A stretch of 38,159 bases of DNA from Eledone cirrhosa (lineage: Eukaryota): the NCBI GenBank assembly GCA_964016885.1, contig CAXHJY010000149.1, forward strand, positions 1 through 38,159, given 5' to 3'. Under the pieces are notes generated by a model. The model saw only the letters and a program-made list of their open reading frames with translations. It did no database searches and was not told the DNA's origin. Below are positions 12,248-26,214 of this stretch, piece after piece. The position numbers were made by a program, and so were the translations under genes. Numbering within the stretch: the first letter of the stretch is position 1; the number at the start of each line of letters is the position of its first letter.

Positions 12248-12985
12248 TGGAAAATGTGTGTAATTCTTGGTACAGTTAGGTATATTAAGACAGGGGGAAA
12301 GAAAAAATGGCTTCACTTGTGCTTTCAACAAATTTATTTTCTTCACAAATTCCAAAAAGAATTTTTTTCCGGATTAGAAAAAAAATTTTTCTTAAAAAAA
12401 ATTATTTTATAATGGGATGGACGTAGAAAAATTCTTCAGAAAAAAAGAAAAAAAGAATTATTTACAAACTTAGCAGGTGCGATTTGCCTGTGACCATTCT
12501 CAACACAAAAGGAATACTAAAAGCTTTTTCCCCTGAATAAAGGAATTTTTCGAGAATGACAGGGGCAGGCCGCACTTGCTACATTTCTCCCCACCCAACC
12601 CTACTGACCGTCTCAACTCATTACTGCTATTAACACTTTTTCAACACACCTACACCCATACACTTATTAAAGGGGGAGAAAAGAAACCCCCACCACACCA
12701 CAGACATGTTAAATCCCTATATATAGAACAACACACCACATACACATCAGTTTGACAAGCGCACCTCAGCGTGAAAGGTCGTTCTAAAAACGAAACAATA
12801 CCTCCTACGTTAACCAAGAACTCCTAAGACCTAACCAACAACCAACAACTTAATTTATAAAATAATTTTTTTAAGAAAAAAATTTTTTCTAATCCGGAAA
12901 AAAATTATTTTTGGATTTTGTGAAGAAAATAAATTTGTTGAAAGCACAAGTGAAGCCATTTTTTCTTCCCCCCTATCTTAATATA
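12248..12985. mobile_element. foldback insertion in (TA)n: inverted arms 12281-12412 and 12855-12985, about 440-bp spacer, 33-bp left extension
   Basis: AAAAAATGGCTTCACTTGTGCTTTCAACAAATTTATTTTCTTCACAAA...CCGGATTAG present in both orientations. Confidence 0.8.
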
Positions 12986-13011
12986 TATATATATATATAT
13001 ATATATAATTG

Positions 13012-13090
<79 letters not shown>

Positions 13091-13285
13091 GTATATGTAT
13101 ATATATATATATATATATATAATTGTATATGTATATATATATATATATATATATAATTGTATATGTATATATATATATATATATATATAATTGTATATGT
13201 ATATATATATATATATAATTGTATATGTATATGTATATATATATATATAATTGTATATGTATATGTATATATATATATATAATTG

Positions 13286-13374
<89 letters not shown>

Positions 13375-13379
13375 GTATA

Positions 13380-13418
<39 letters not shown>

Positions 13419-13449
13419 GTATATATATATATATATATATAATTGTATA

Positions 13450-13486
<37 letters not shown>

Positions 13487-13778
13487 GTATATATATATAA
13501 TTGTATATATATATATATATATAATTGTATATATATATAATTGTATATATATATATAATTGTATATATATATAATTGTATATATATATATAATTGTATAT
13601 ATATATATATATAATTGTATATATATATATATAATTGTATATATATATATATATATAATTGTATATATATATATATATATATAATTGTATATATATATAT
13701 ATATATATATAATTGTATATATATATATATATAATTGTATATATATATATATATATAATTGTATATATATATATATAT
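12981..13778. repeat. (TA)n array punctuated by ATTG (TATAATTGTATA) variant
   Basis: more than 25 iterations of AATTG separated by variable TA runs. Confidence 0.95.
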
Positions 13779-13811
13779 TATTATTATGTAATAAACAACA
13801 TAAGGCAATTA

Positions 13812-13870
13812 TTCCATTTACCAGTGGTTTCTTAAAAGCAAAAGGTTTTGCTTTCAATCCTCAGAATGAA
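13812..13870 (-). ncRNA. minimal type I hammerhead ribozyme (mirror copy)
   Basis: reverse complement of 13912-13970, differing only in the stem II loop. Confidence 0.75.
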
Positions 13871-13911
13871 AAATCCTGGTTTGTTTATTTTGAATAAACA
13901 AACCAGGATTT

Positions 13912-13970
13912 TTCATTCTGAGGATTGAAAGCAAAACCTTCTGCTTTTAAGAAACCACTGGTAAATGGAA
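13912..13970 (+). ncRNA. minimal type I hammerhead ribozyme
   Basis: stem I TTCATT/AATGGA; core CTGAGGA 13918-13924; stem II TTGAAAGCA/TGCTTTTAA; GAAA 13951-13954; short stem III CCA-c-TGG; cleavage triplet GTA 13961-13963. Confidence 0.8.
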
Positions 13971-14077
13971 TAATTGCCTTATGTTGTTTATTACATAATA
14001 ATAATAATTAAGCTCTGTTGCATACATAGAGCACTCTTTTTTCCTGGACTTTTCCGATGGAATTACTTCATTCATAC

Positions 14078-15272
<1,195 letters not shown>

Positions 15273-15526
15273 AATATATATATATATATATACATACATA
15301 CAAACCTACATATACACACATATATATATATATATATGTATATGTATGTATGTATATTATTAGTAGTAGAGATTAAAAGGCTAAGCAATAAATTTCTGCT
15401 TTGACCCTAAGAGGGGTCATCTGAAACTGAGCAAAATCAATCTGTAGACGCAGAAGTAAATATTTCAAAAAGCAAACCTTATCGAGTCCTCTTTGGATTT
15501 TGGTCTTTGTATTTATTATTACTATA

Positions 15527-15626
<100 letters not shown>

Positions 15627-15851
15627 CCATCTCATCTAATTTTCTATCAGGAAAATGTATGTGTACGTATGTGTGCGTGTGAGCGTACACGCGTATCTTT
15701 GTGTGGGTACTTCATATTTAATTTTCTGTATAATGACGTATGGCGGGCTAAAATAGAAGATGCAGACAACCTAAGTGTTGTTGAAGTGCTGGACGAGTCA
15801 AGAGACTCTCTTTTATTGATCGTAGCATTGCAGAAACGAGAGAAAGATTGG

Positions 15852-16185
15852 AACAACAACAGCTATAACAACAACACTATCAACAGCCACTACAACGATG
15901 ACAACAACACTGACGGCACCAACAATAACAAGAACAACAATGAAGACAACAACAATGAAGACAACAACAGCAACAAGCATGCAGACAAGGACATCAACGA
16001 TGACAACAACAGTAACAAATATGAAGACAAGGACTACAACAACGAAGGCAACAACAACCACAACGATAAGGAAAAGGATAACGACAACAGCAACAACAAT
16101 AACGATAACAACAGCAACAACATTAGAGGGAGAGTAAGAAAGATGATGATAATGATAATGCAGGTATTGATGATAAGGATGATAA
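15852..16185. repeat. degenerate (AAC)n/(GAT)n repeat
   Basis: directly visible; gives the Asn-rich ORF. Confidence 0.85.
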
Positions 16186-16531
16186 AGGGGGTTGGGAGAA
16201 TTATATAGATGTACTAGAAGGAGCGTATTCGGTTCCAGTCCGGTGACATTTAATGACATGTTGAGAGTAAAAGAAAAAGATCTTGTCTCAGATATGGGAA
16301 CAGCTGGAACTGGCGTCCTTTCCATTAACTTAACTCACCAAAAAAAAAAAAAAAAACAGAGATAAGGAACAGCCAAATCTAATCGTACTGTTTCCACAGA
16401 CCATTTTCAGAAGAGATTATTTAATTCTCCACCCTTGCCACCTCGCACTAGTTCTCCTTTTCTCTCCTCTTCTCTCTCTCGCTCCCCCTTCTCTCTCTCC
16501 CTTTCTTTGCAGGTACACATATAGTTGAAAG

Positions 16532-16577
<46 letters not shown>

Positions 16578-16689
16578 TGTATATGTATGTATGTATATAT
16601 ATTTATGTAAGTATATATATATATATATATAAAATCAAGGGAAAGTGTCCCTATGTGTATTATTTACATGTAGGAACACATACTTTTAT

Positions 16690-18322
16690 TATAGGATTAA
16701 CCGCATGTAACTTCAAGACACGGCTATACCAACACAGACATACCTTCCGAAACCCGGCTCGGCGTCACGCCACTACACTTTCGGGCCACATATGGGACCT
16801 CAAGGACAACAACATCAACTATGATCTCACTTGGAAATTACTGTCCAGAGCCAACTCTTACACGGGAGGACGCCGTCCGTGCAATTTATGCTCGGAGGAA
16901 ACTTTACAAATGCTGTTTTCGACGGACCAACTCCTAAACAAGAAAGATGAACTGGTTACTGTATGTAAACACCGATTACGTAGGACTTACCTCGCTCTCA
17001 AACCCCATAATGACCCGGGGGAGGGTAGACTAGGGCTATAACACCCCACTTGCCTATTTTGTAATGGGTAACCCCTGCTTGCCAATGGAGACGTAAGATC
17101 TTCTTTTACATTCTTTTATCGCTTCCTCTATATTTCCTTCTTCCCCCATCCCTCCCTAGTCCTTCTACCCCAGTTCCTTTTCTTTGTCGTCGTCTTTTTC
17201 TCGCCCACCCGAGGTAGCCCCTCGGTCCCTTGTAGCTTCAACACCCCCACCCCCTTCCCCTATTCTATGATAGATTTGGCTGACTCCGCTTTTTATAACA
17301 GAGGTGTTAGACTTCGGAAACTTGCCCCCTTCTCCGACCGCTGTCCCTTTTTTCCGTGCCTTCTATATTTCTTAGTGGCATCTTTGCTTTAATTTCTCGT
17401 TTATCCAGTATTTCTTTCTTCTTTTTCCCTTTTGTTTGGGGGGGGGGGGGGGTTCTGTATTAATTTTCCGTTCTTTACTTTTACTTCGTACGATCTTTCA
17501 TGTAGCGTGTATAAGACTTTTCGTGGTGGTACCCTTAGAGTTAGCACTAGTATTTTTTTGCGGGACCCTAAATTATATTCTCGTACTAGTTTAATTTCTT
17601 GCACTGGGTGGTTGCTGGCCCTGTGATTGGGGTAGAAACCTTTATTATTTCGTGGCAGTCTCTTTTAGTACTTTGCCCCCCACCCCCACCCCCACCCCCA
17701 CCCCTGTTGACCCGTCACCGTACGATACACGCACTTATACCTCGTATAAGGGTCCCTTTATTCCCGTCCCGCCTAGTTTATTTTTATTTTTATTTTTTTA
17801 TTCTTCTTTATATATATATTTTTTTTAATTTATTTATCTATTCTTTTATTCACGTATTTGTTTATTTATTTATATATGTATTTCTTTAGCCTAGCAATAG
17901 CGAGAGACTTAAGTCTTAGTAACCAGACTTTGCTTATTTTTTTTCTCTCTCAGTACAGTTTATAGTTTTACCCTTCATTGTTCTACTTACCGTTTCGAAT
18001 TCCTCCCCCTCCCCGCCCCAGTATCCATTTGACTTCACGCCCAGCTGTAGCTGGCACTACCAACGCATGAATGGGTCTACTCCACCCCCTCTCCCTTTTT
18101 CTCCTACCGGCAGGTTTAGCTACCCCTTCCCCCACCAATTTGCCATCACCGATTTACTACTAACTTGTGATGTGACCAATCCTGGTGATTGTCTCTTTGA
18201 CCATATATGGAATTACCCCTTGATAAGCTCGGCTATTTAAATACCAGAATAAATTTTCATTCAGTCCAGAATTAGCCGTCGAAATGGCTTGCGCTCAGCC
18301 GTCGGGGTCTTACTTGTTCCTA
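16690..18322 (+). mobile_element. 5'-truncated Penelope-like element, family 2 (GIY-YIG C-terminal part, long 3' UTR, terminal HHR); possibly Naiad-type
   Basis: Open frame IGLTACNFKTRLYQHRHTFRN...TTLSGHIWDLKDNNINYDLTWKLLSRANSY...CNLCSEE...LLNKKDELVTVCKHR to stop at 17041; HHR-like fold at 3' end; ends in (TA)n. Clade assignment is inferred from the CxxC...CxH motif. Confidence 0.88.
18215..18308 (+). ncRNA. degenerate type I hammerhead ribozyme with extended stem II
   Basis: stem I ACCCC/GGGGT; core TTGATAA (two changes from CTGATGA) 18220-18226; stem II CGGCTA/TAGCCG; GAAA 18281-18284; stem III (T)GGC/GCCG; GTC 18301-18303. Confidence 0.7.
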
Positions 18323-18929
18323 TATATATATGTATATATATATATATGTGTGTGTATATATAAATATAAATATGTATATATATGTATATATATGTATATA
18401 TATATAAATATATACAGATATATATATATGTGTGTATATATATATATGTATATATAAATATATATTTCTTTATATGTAAGCAAAATGGATATTTAATTTG
18501 TTGGTAATTCAATGCTGTGTTGTTGCAAATGTGATATACAAATTAAAATTAAAATGAAGAATTAGAAATAGAAGCCAGGACTATCCATCATCAGTGGTCT
18601 ACTCGCCATCATAGGTATTTCTTCGCATTAAAGACCAGATACCTCAGGCTAGCGCGAACAATAACTAAAATAAGTTGTTGGGATAAATATATATGTGTCT
18701 GTGCGTGTGTGTGTATATTTCTGGACAAATACGATATTAATACACCTAGACTTACACACCATCACCAACTATGTATACGCCACCCCAACAACACATACGT
18801 CCATGTACACGAAGTAGAATTAAATACAACATTAACATATGATAACATATGCCTCCTTTTATTCTCTTCTATCTATGAACCTCATCTTTATGCTTCTTCT
18901 ATTTCTACTCTCTGCGACTTATCTTCCTA

Positions 18930-19030
18930 CCCCTCTACTGCCGATGAAGGATTAACGACCGATACATTGAACTTTCCTTTCTCCTTTTTCACGCGTGACC
19001 CTAATAAGGTTATTGTTACTGTATATCTGT
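18930..19030 (+). mobile_element. very degenerate pLTR/HHR remnant
   Basis: CCGATGAAGG...CCGATAC resembles CTGATGA-stem-GAAAC, similar context to 15155-15260. Confidence 0.3.
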
Positions 19031-19033
19031 TTG

Positions 19034-19047
19034 TTTATTTAACTATA

Positions 19048-19140
<93 letters not shown>
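19034..19140. repeat. (GT)n microsatellite
   Basis: directly visible. Confidence 0.98.
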
Positions 19141-19143
<3 letters not shown>

Positions 19144-19150
19144 CCACAAC

Positions 19151-19238
19151 AGAGGTCCGACGAGCTTTTGAGTCCAGAGTCGGGCAAGATCGATACAGAT
19201 CGAACCTTGAGCTATAATAGCGAAACGCGCGTCCCTAT
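19151..19238 (+). ncRNA. degenerate type I hammerhead ribozyme
   Basis: CCGACGA 19157-19163, stem II closing GCT/AGC, GAAA 19222-19225, palindromic stem III CGCGCG, TC 19232-19233; stem I imperfect. Confidence 0.55.
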
Positions 19239-19669
19239 TCAATAAAGGTAATGAAGACATAACATATCGTCCTTATTATTGGTCCGAATGAACGGGACCG
19301 CTCTATATATACGCTTGTAGTTTGAGGAATGGCAAAATTGAGAGAGGGCGCTTGCCCTGGTGGTCTGGGTGACCGCGGCCTTTTGTGTGGTTTTCGCCAC
19401 GAGTAACCCTCGGAGGTTTCCCTCCTATTGGGGAATTTTTCATTGTTTGAATTTTCATCTTTATTGTTTATATATATATATATATGTTTCTGTGTTTTTT
19501 TTTTCTTTTTCGTTTCTTATATAAATAATAAAAATATTTACACGCACAAAACCCACATCGTACTGTCCTGTACCGTCCTCTGCCGTCTGAAATGTTTTTC
19601 TTAATGTCAGCCCTTGTGGCCAATAAAGAAATCATTATTATTATCATTATTATTATTATTATTATTATG

Positions 19670-19815
19670 AAGCATAGAGTTACCTCCCTGTATGATCTGA
19701 GTTCAAATCCCGCCGAGGTTAACTTTGCCTTTCATCCTTCCGGGGTCGATAGAATAAAGTACCAGTAATGCATTGGGTAATTGCTGGCCTTGTGCCAAAA
19801 GTAGAAACAATTATT
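19670..19815 (+). mobile_element. SINE family A
   Basis: CTGAGTTCAAATCCCGCCGAGGTTAACTTTGCCTTTCATCCTTCCGGGGTCGATA; the core resembles the Nin domain of metazoan SINEs (recall). Confidence 0.9.
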
Positions 19816-20155
19816 ATTATTACACTCTGCTTAACACTGCACATCTATACTTACTGGAAAATACGCATCGAGTGCTCACTCTGGTGAACCTACAGTAACT
19901 GGACGTTGCAATCCCTATATATGTATGTATATATGTGTGTGTGTGTGTGCGTGTGCGTGCGTGCGTGCGTGCGTGCGTGCGTGTGTGTGTGTGCGTGCGT
20001 GTGTGTGTGTATAGAAGTAGGGTGTTCGCTCCAATATAGCTGTATACATACATGTATGTAAAGTTTGTATATTAAATAATATACGATATGCTTACGAATA
20101 AACATTTGAAAGCCTTTAACTATGAATTTTAAAGGTGATTATTGACGCCATTTAC

Positions 20156-20246
20156 CTTATTCCAGCAGAAGCAAGGTGGTGCCACCGAGGAGCTGTTTCT
20201 GGCTGTGTGGCTGATGTGAAGGTTATGTACCTTTCCTCGCTGCATA
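20156..20246 (-). other. candidate 91-nt host exon
   Basis: minus-strand acceptor CATTTTCAG and donor AAG/GTAAAT bracket a GC-richer unique segment with two open frames; product not recognised. Confidence 0.35.
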
Positions 20247-20350
20247 CTGAAAATGATAAACCTCATTTCCTACTATATCAAGCGTTAAACTAATATATTT
20301 ATTCATTACAATGTATTGTTTTCTTCATTGTTTCCGTTTACTTTTCACGC

Positions 20351-20351
<1 letters not shown>

Positions 20352-20440
<89 letters not shown>

Positions 20441-20445
20441 AGAGA
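20352..20445. repeat. (TA)n(GA)n microsatellite
   Basis: directly visible. Confidence 0.95.
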
Positions 20446-20844
20446 AGCATACCTACATACATACGAAACATAAATACATAGAGTCAAGAAATGTGTGTCT
20501 CAGGTTATTTGTAATTGGCACAATTGGGTTAATAATATTCAACCATTTCTGTAATGACATTATGACATTGATAGATTGCTGAGAACAGAAATAGCAATAC
20601 TATGATATATAAATATCGTGTTGGAATTCTTAAACATGTTTCTGCCATGATTACCAAGACGTACTTAATTCTTGTTTTAGAATGAAAGCTTTTGATATAG
20701 CATTTCTAAAAACCTGAGAAATATAGATAATAATTAAGACGTTGCAGTTGCTGTTGTTGTTGTTGTTGTTGCTGTTGTACATTTGGTGAGCGTATTTCTA
20801 ATAAAAGACTCTATTTCAATTAATCGGAGGACAGCTTTGAGAGA

Positions 20845-21240
20845 TTTCATAGAGTCGGACAACATGCTTTGCAACATAGAGTTATGGCCCTTTACGATCT
20901 GAGTTCAAATCCCACCGAGGTTAACTTTGCCTTTAATCCTTACGGGGGTCGATAAAATAAAGTACCAGTCACGCACTGGATCGATTTAATCGACTTCCCC
21001 CTCCCCAAAAATTGATGGCCTTGTGCCTATATAAGAAACCATTATTAATTATTTGGTGGTGGATTGACAGTATCGGTAGAGAGTCGGACACTATGCTTTG
21101 CAACATAGAGTTACGGCCCTTTTTGATCTGAGTTCAAATCCCGCCGCGGTTAACTTTGCCTTTCATCCTTACGGGATCGATAAAATAAAGTACCAGTAAT
21201 GCACTGGGGTAATTGCTGGCCTTGTGCCAATGTTAAAAAC
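20845..21240 (+). mobile_element. two tandem SINE family A copies
   Basis: repeated AGAGTCGGACA.ATGCTTTGCAACATAGAGTTA.GGCCCT...GAGTTCAAATCCC...GGCCTTGTGCC. Confidence 0.92.
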
Positions 21241-21489
21241 ATTCTTTTTTTTAAATATTTCATTACAACCTTAATAACCTAACACATGATTTTTATAAAA
21301 TATCAATTGGTAGATTTTAATTTAGATAGTAATCTTTTAAAATTGTATAAAAAAGGTTAAATATTTTTTCAGTTCATACCAGCATTGCTAGCGGCCATTA
21401 AGTAAAGAACGACTAACAAAATTTGTATAAATCTTTTGTGAAAGTCTATGAATACGGATATAAAATTTTCAGACTGTTACAGGCTAATG

Positions 21490-21830
21490 GATATCCGCCA
21501 GTTTCGACGATGAATGTTCCAGTTGTTGGATCAGCTGAAGAGCCTGCTTAAAAAATAAAAGTATAAGGGGCTGGGCATTCAACATACACGTGTATCCTTA
21601 ATGTAATTCCCTGGGAGAGTCAGCGTGACAGTGTGTGACAAAGCTGGTCCTTTGAATTACAGGTACAGGAAATCCGACGCGCTTCCAAACAGTTTCTGTT
21701 ACCACACTTTCACTCGTAACGCATATATCGACCCTAGTCTATGACAAGTGACACTTCCACAAGAGGCCACGCAATAGGATTGAACCCAGGAGCCTATCAT
21801 TGCGACACGATGGTTCGACCCCAGCCCGAG
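21490..21830 (-). mobile_element. SINE family B body plus tRNA-like head remnant
   Basis: CAGCGTGACAG.GTGTGACAAAGCTGGTCCTTTGAATTACAGGTAC; GGATTGAACCC is a reverse B box. Confidence 0.65.
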
Positions 21831-21937
21831 GCTCTGAGATATTGGCGAGCAAATAGAAAAACAAAAATGACAGCAAGTGCATTGTTTCACAGGTTTAAAT
21901 ACTTCGCTATATCCATTTCCTAACTCTAACAGCACAG

Positions 21938-22392
21938 CTGCCGCCGCCGCCGCCACCACCACAACCATCACTACTACAACTACTACTATTAATACCACTT
22001 CTACTACTACTACTACTAATACCACTTCTACTACTACTACTATAACTACTACTATTACTTCTACTACTACTACTACTACTACTAATACCACTTCTACTAC
22101 TACTACTAATACCACTTCTACTACTACTACTATAACTACTACTATTACTTCTACTACTACTACTACTACTACTAATACCACTTCTACTACTACTACTATA
22201 ACTACTACTATTACTTCTACTACTACTACTACCACCACCACAACCACTACTACTAGTACTACTACTACCACCACAACCACTACTACTAGTACTACTACTA
22301 CCACCACAACCACCACCACCACCACCACCACCACTACTACTACTACCTCAACCACCGCTACTACTACTGCTGCTCCTACTGCTGCTACTACT
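21938..22392. repeat. (ACT)n/(ACC)n microsatellite with higher-order unit of about 75 bp
   Basis: AATACCACTTCTACTACTACTATAACTACTACTATTACTTCT recurs three times. Confidence 0.95.
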
Positions 22393-22654
22393 TTGTCTAC
22401 AATTATATCAGCTGCCCAATCACATCAACTCTTTTTTTTTTCAGAACATGTTCATCGATTATGTTGGCAAATCGATAATGAAATGAATAAGCCAATCAAT
22501 AAGCTGTATAACTGTCAGACAATGTAACATTGGAAGGACATTGGAACATTCCATCACGAATGTAAACTTTACCTTCCCGACATGTCCCACACTTAGAAAC
22601 ATTGGCAGCCATGTTGCACGTGTTCGGAATCTTTTTGTTTGTCTACGTGAATGC

Positions 22655-23352
<698 letters not shown>

Positions 23353-23479
23353 TGTACGTAATGAATCAGGGAGTTTTACGTCACCGCCTTGCAATGTTAA
23401 GCCAGTGTTATATGTTAAAGGCTTTCGCTCGACCCACGTACTAAAACAAAAAATTCGTAAACGTGCGTATTGCGTCTCC

Positions 23480-23733
23480 GTCTGTTCCGACGACGAATAT
23501 TCCAGTTCTTTGAATAACAGAACACCCTGTTTGAGCCTGAATATCCCACAATGGCATGTACCTTTAACACAGTTCTCGTGGACAATCTGTGTCAAAGGAC
23601 GTGACCATGCTGGTCATTTGAGTTACAAGTACAATTCATTTATATTTTCAGTTTCGGTACTTAAAGCAGCGTAAAATAAAGTGTCTTGCTCGATCATGAA
23701 CCGAATACTCTAACCACTAAGCTACGGGCCTTC
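23480..23733 (-). mobile_element. SINE family B
   Basis: minus head GAAGGCCCGTAGCTTAGTGGTTAGAGTATTCGG and GAGCAAGACACTTTATTT core. Confidence 0.75.
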
Positions 23734-23874
23734 TCAAAAATTCATCTTGGTCTACTGTTGTCGGTGGGGAACAGCTATAGCTCCCTGAGAGAATGGTGAA
23801 TTTGCAGGATGCTTTTGTGTTGGACATAAGAAACAAAACGACTAATTTGTGATGAGGTAAACGTTGATTGTATC

Positions 23875-24000
23875 GTCCGCAGTACTTGACTGGTATTTGA
23901 TTTTATAGACCGTGGAAGAATGAAAAGCAAAGTTGAGCAGAGTGAGATTTGAACGAAGAACCTAAGGAGTGGTAACTAAATAGCTTGCAGTATTTATTCT
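23875..24000 (-). mobile_element. degenerate SINE family A
   Basis: CTGGTATTTGATTTTATAGACC...GAATGAAAAGCAAAGTTGA...GATTTGAAC. Confidence 0.65.
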
Positions 24001-24489
24001 GGCTTCTTACGGCCGAAGTTCGAATACAATCGAAACCAAGTTTCCTTATCGTCCTTCTGGGGTACCAGTTTAGGTCCGTGAATAGTCGAATGGGATCGTT
24101 ATCGCATCGAATGAGATGCCCTTGAGATATTTGTGCAGGTCCTTTGCATTCTGAACTCAAATCCCGCTTATAGCCTACTTGGATGGTCGATTTCATTCGT
24201 AGCCCGGTTTAACGTCACTAACTGATCCATGGATAAATTTAGCGGAATCCATTTTGTTACAAGACGTTGGACCAGGCTTGCTGTTTAAAAACAACTCTTT
24301 CCCAACCTTTTACCAATCTTGAAGGTTCTGAAAAAGGCCAGAGCAATACCCTCCCCGCTGATTAACTGGTAGAAATAGGTTAGCAATGTTTTAACAAATA
24401 GACACCTCCAAGCATTCTCCATTATTATGGACGTCTAAGGGTTACGGTTGATTAACTATAAAAGCAGTCATGATTCTTAGCCATTGACA

Positions 24490-25185
24490 GCAGCATGTGC
24501 ACATGTGGAGGAGGTATGTGTGTATCGGAAACTTATATCTGTGCGGATGCATGTCGAAAACTTATATATATTTATGTATGCGCATGGAGGGAGTATATGT
24601 ATGTGCATATCTGTGTATGTATATGTACATATATGTGTGATCGAAGTATGTGTGTATATATGTATGTACATGCGTCTATATAGAGGTAGTATATGTGTAT
24701 GTAGATATGTGATTATGTGTCTATATGTAAGTTTATGTACGTGCGTATATGTATGGAGGAAATATACGTATCTGTGTGTACATATGTGCATGGAGAAAAG
24801 ATATGGGGATAGTGTATATATGTTTATATATATGCCTATACACAAGAAAGCATGTGCAAATGTTATATGAATGACGTATATATCTGTATATCTATGTGCA
24901 TATGCGTATGTATGTCCATATGTATATGGAGATAATATATGTGTGTTTATGTATATGCAAATGTGTGAGGGAAGGACGTATAATTGTGTGATGAATACAC
25001 ATGTATGTGCCTGTGTGTGAAGGAAATATATGTGTGTATGTATTTGCATATGTGTGTGTGGAGAAAGTATGTGTGTGTGTGTGTGAATGTGTGGACAAAG
25101 TATGTGTGCGTATGTATGTGTTCATATGTGTGTATATGTTCATACATGTGCATATGTGTGTTCGTATATATGTAGACGTACATGT
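24490..25185. repeat. degenerate (TG/TA)n low-complexity tract
   Basis: purine-pyrimidine alternation with GGAGA interruptions. Confidence 0.8.
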
Positions 25186-25229
25186 GAATAAACTCCTAAC
25201 CGTGACCATTGTCAAACTCCCCTTGCTCC

Positions 25230-25900
25230 TCATTATTACTGCCACTACTACTATCTCCGTCATTATCATCATCATCATGATCATCATCATCATCACCACC
25301 ATCATCATCATCGCCATTAGCACCATAATAGACATCATTATCATTGCCATCATTGTCACCGCTATCTTCATCGTTGTCATTACACTAGTGTTGACACATA
25401 TGGTAAATAGTTTTTAAAAATCATCATCATCATCATCATCATAAATAACAACAACAACAATTATTTTCATTATTATCATTATCGTCATTATCATAACTAA
25501 CGTTATCACCGTTGTCATTATAACTGTTATTGCTTCTGTCATTATAATTTTGTCATCATCGCCACCTGCCCCCCCCCCCCCCCCGTCACCACCATTGTCC
25601 ATCACCATCACAACCATCGCCATCGTCACCATCATATGTATTTCGAGTCACCGTTGTCGCTATCACAGGCATCTTAATGTTCCCATCATAAAACGTAATC
25701 ACTTTCTCATCACCTTCAACAACACAATCCACCTCTTCTTCTTCTTCATCATCATCATCATCATCATCATCGTGGTCGTCGTCGTTGTCATCGTCATTGT
25801 CATCATCATCATCATCTACATTATCATCTTAATTTTCTAATCAACACCCTATTCTCACACATCAACACCATAGTAATCATCAACATCCTTCACCATCTAA
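25230..25900. repeat. degenerate (ATC)n repeat
   Basis: directly visible. Confidence 0.85.
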
Positions 25901-26214
25901 AATATGTAACCTAGCGATTCGGCAAATAGAGATCGATGAAATATGTATCAGACGTACTAAATAACTACTGGAGTTGTAATGTCGGACTACCGTAAAACCT
26001 TCGAATGCGGTGCCCTAGCATGGCCACATTCCAAAGAATATAAGTCCAGAATAGCCTGCTACGGCTAATACCAACAAGGAAGCCTATATACAATCACTTG
26101 ACTTGCTAGAGATAGCAGCTATATCTCCCTAAAAATTACATATACACCATCTTAAAAATTAGAGGACAAATTGAACAAGTTATCCTTGGATATATAGCAA
26201 GCCTCACCCCATCC

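Larger units (their letters stand above)
13776..14077. mobile_element. near-perfect palindrome (arms 13776-13889 and 13893-14006) of a PLE pLTR end, with about 70-bp right extension
   Basis: 114-bp arms, 3-nt loop TTG, single mismatch A13841/C13941; each arm carries an HHR. Confidence 0.9.

Noticed and set aside
12300-12445. Minus-strand hammerhead in the 12248-12985 foldback (CTGAAGA ... GAAAGCAC)
   Set aside because: Could not build convincing stems I and III or a cleavage triplet.
12281-12985. Classical MITE/TIR DNA transposon reading of the foldbacks
   Set aside because: The one-sided extensions, variable spacers and PLE/HHR content of sister structures fit retro-insertion better; not fully excluded for this element or for 30604-30881.
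17262-17325. SECIS-like hairpin (ATGA...GGAA) in the PLE 3' UTR
   Set aside because: No apical AA at the expected spacing, and the stem relies on many wobbles.
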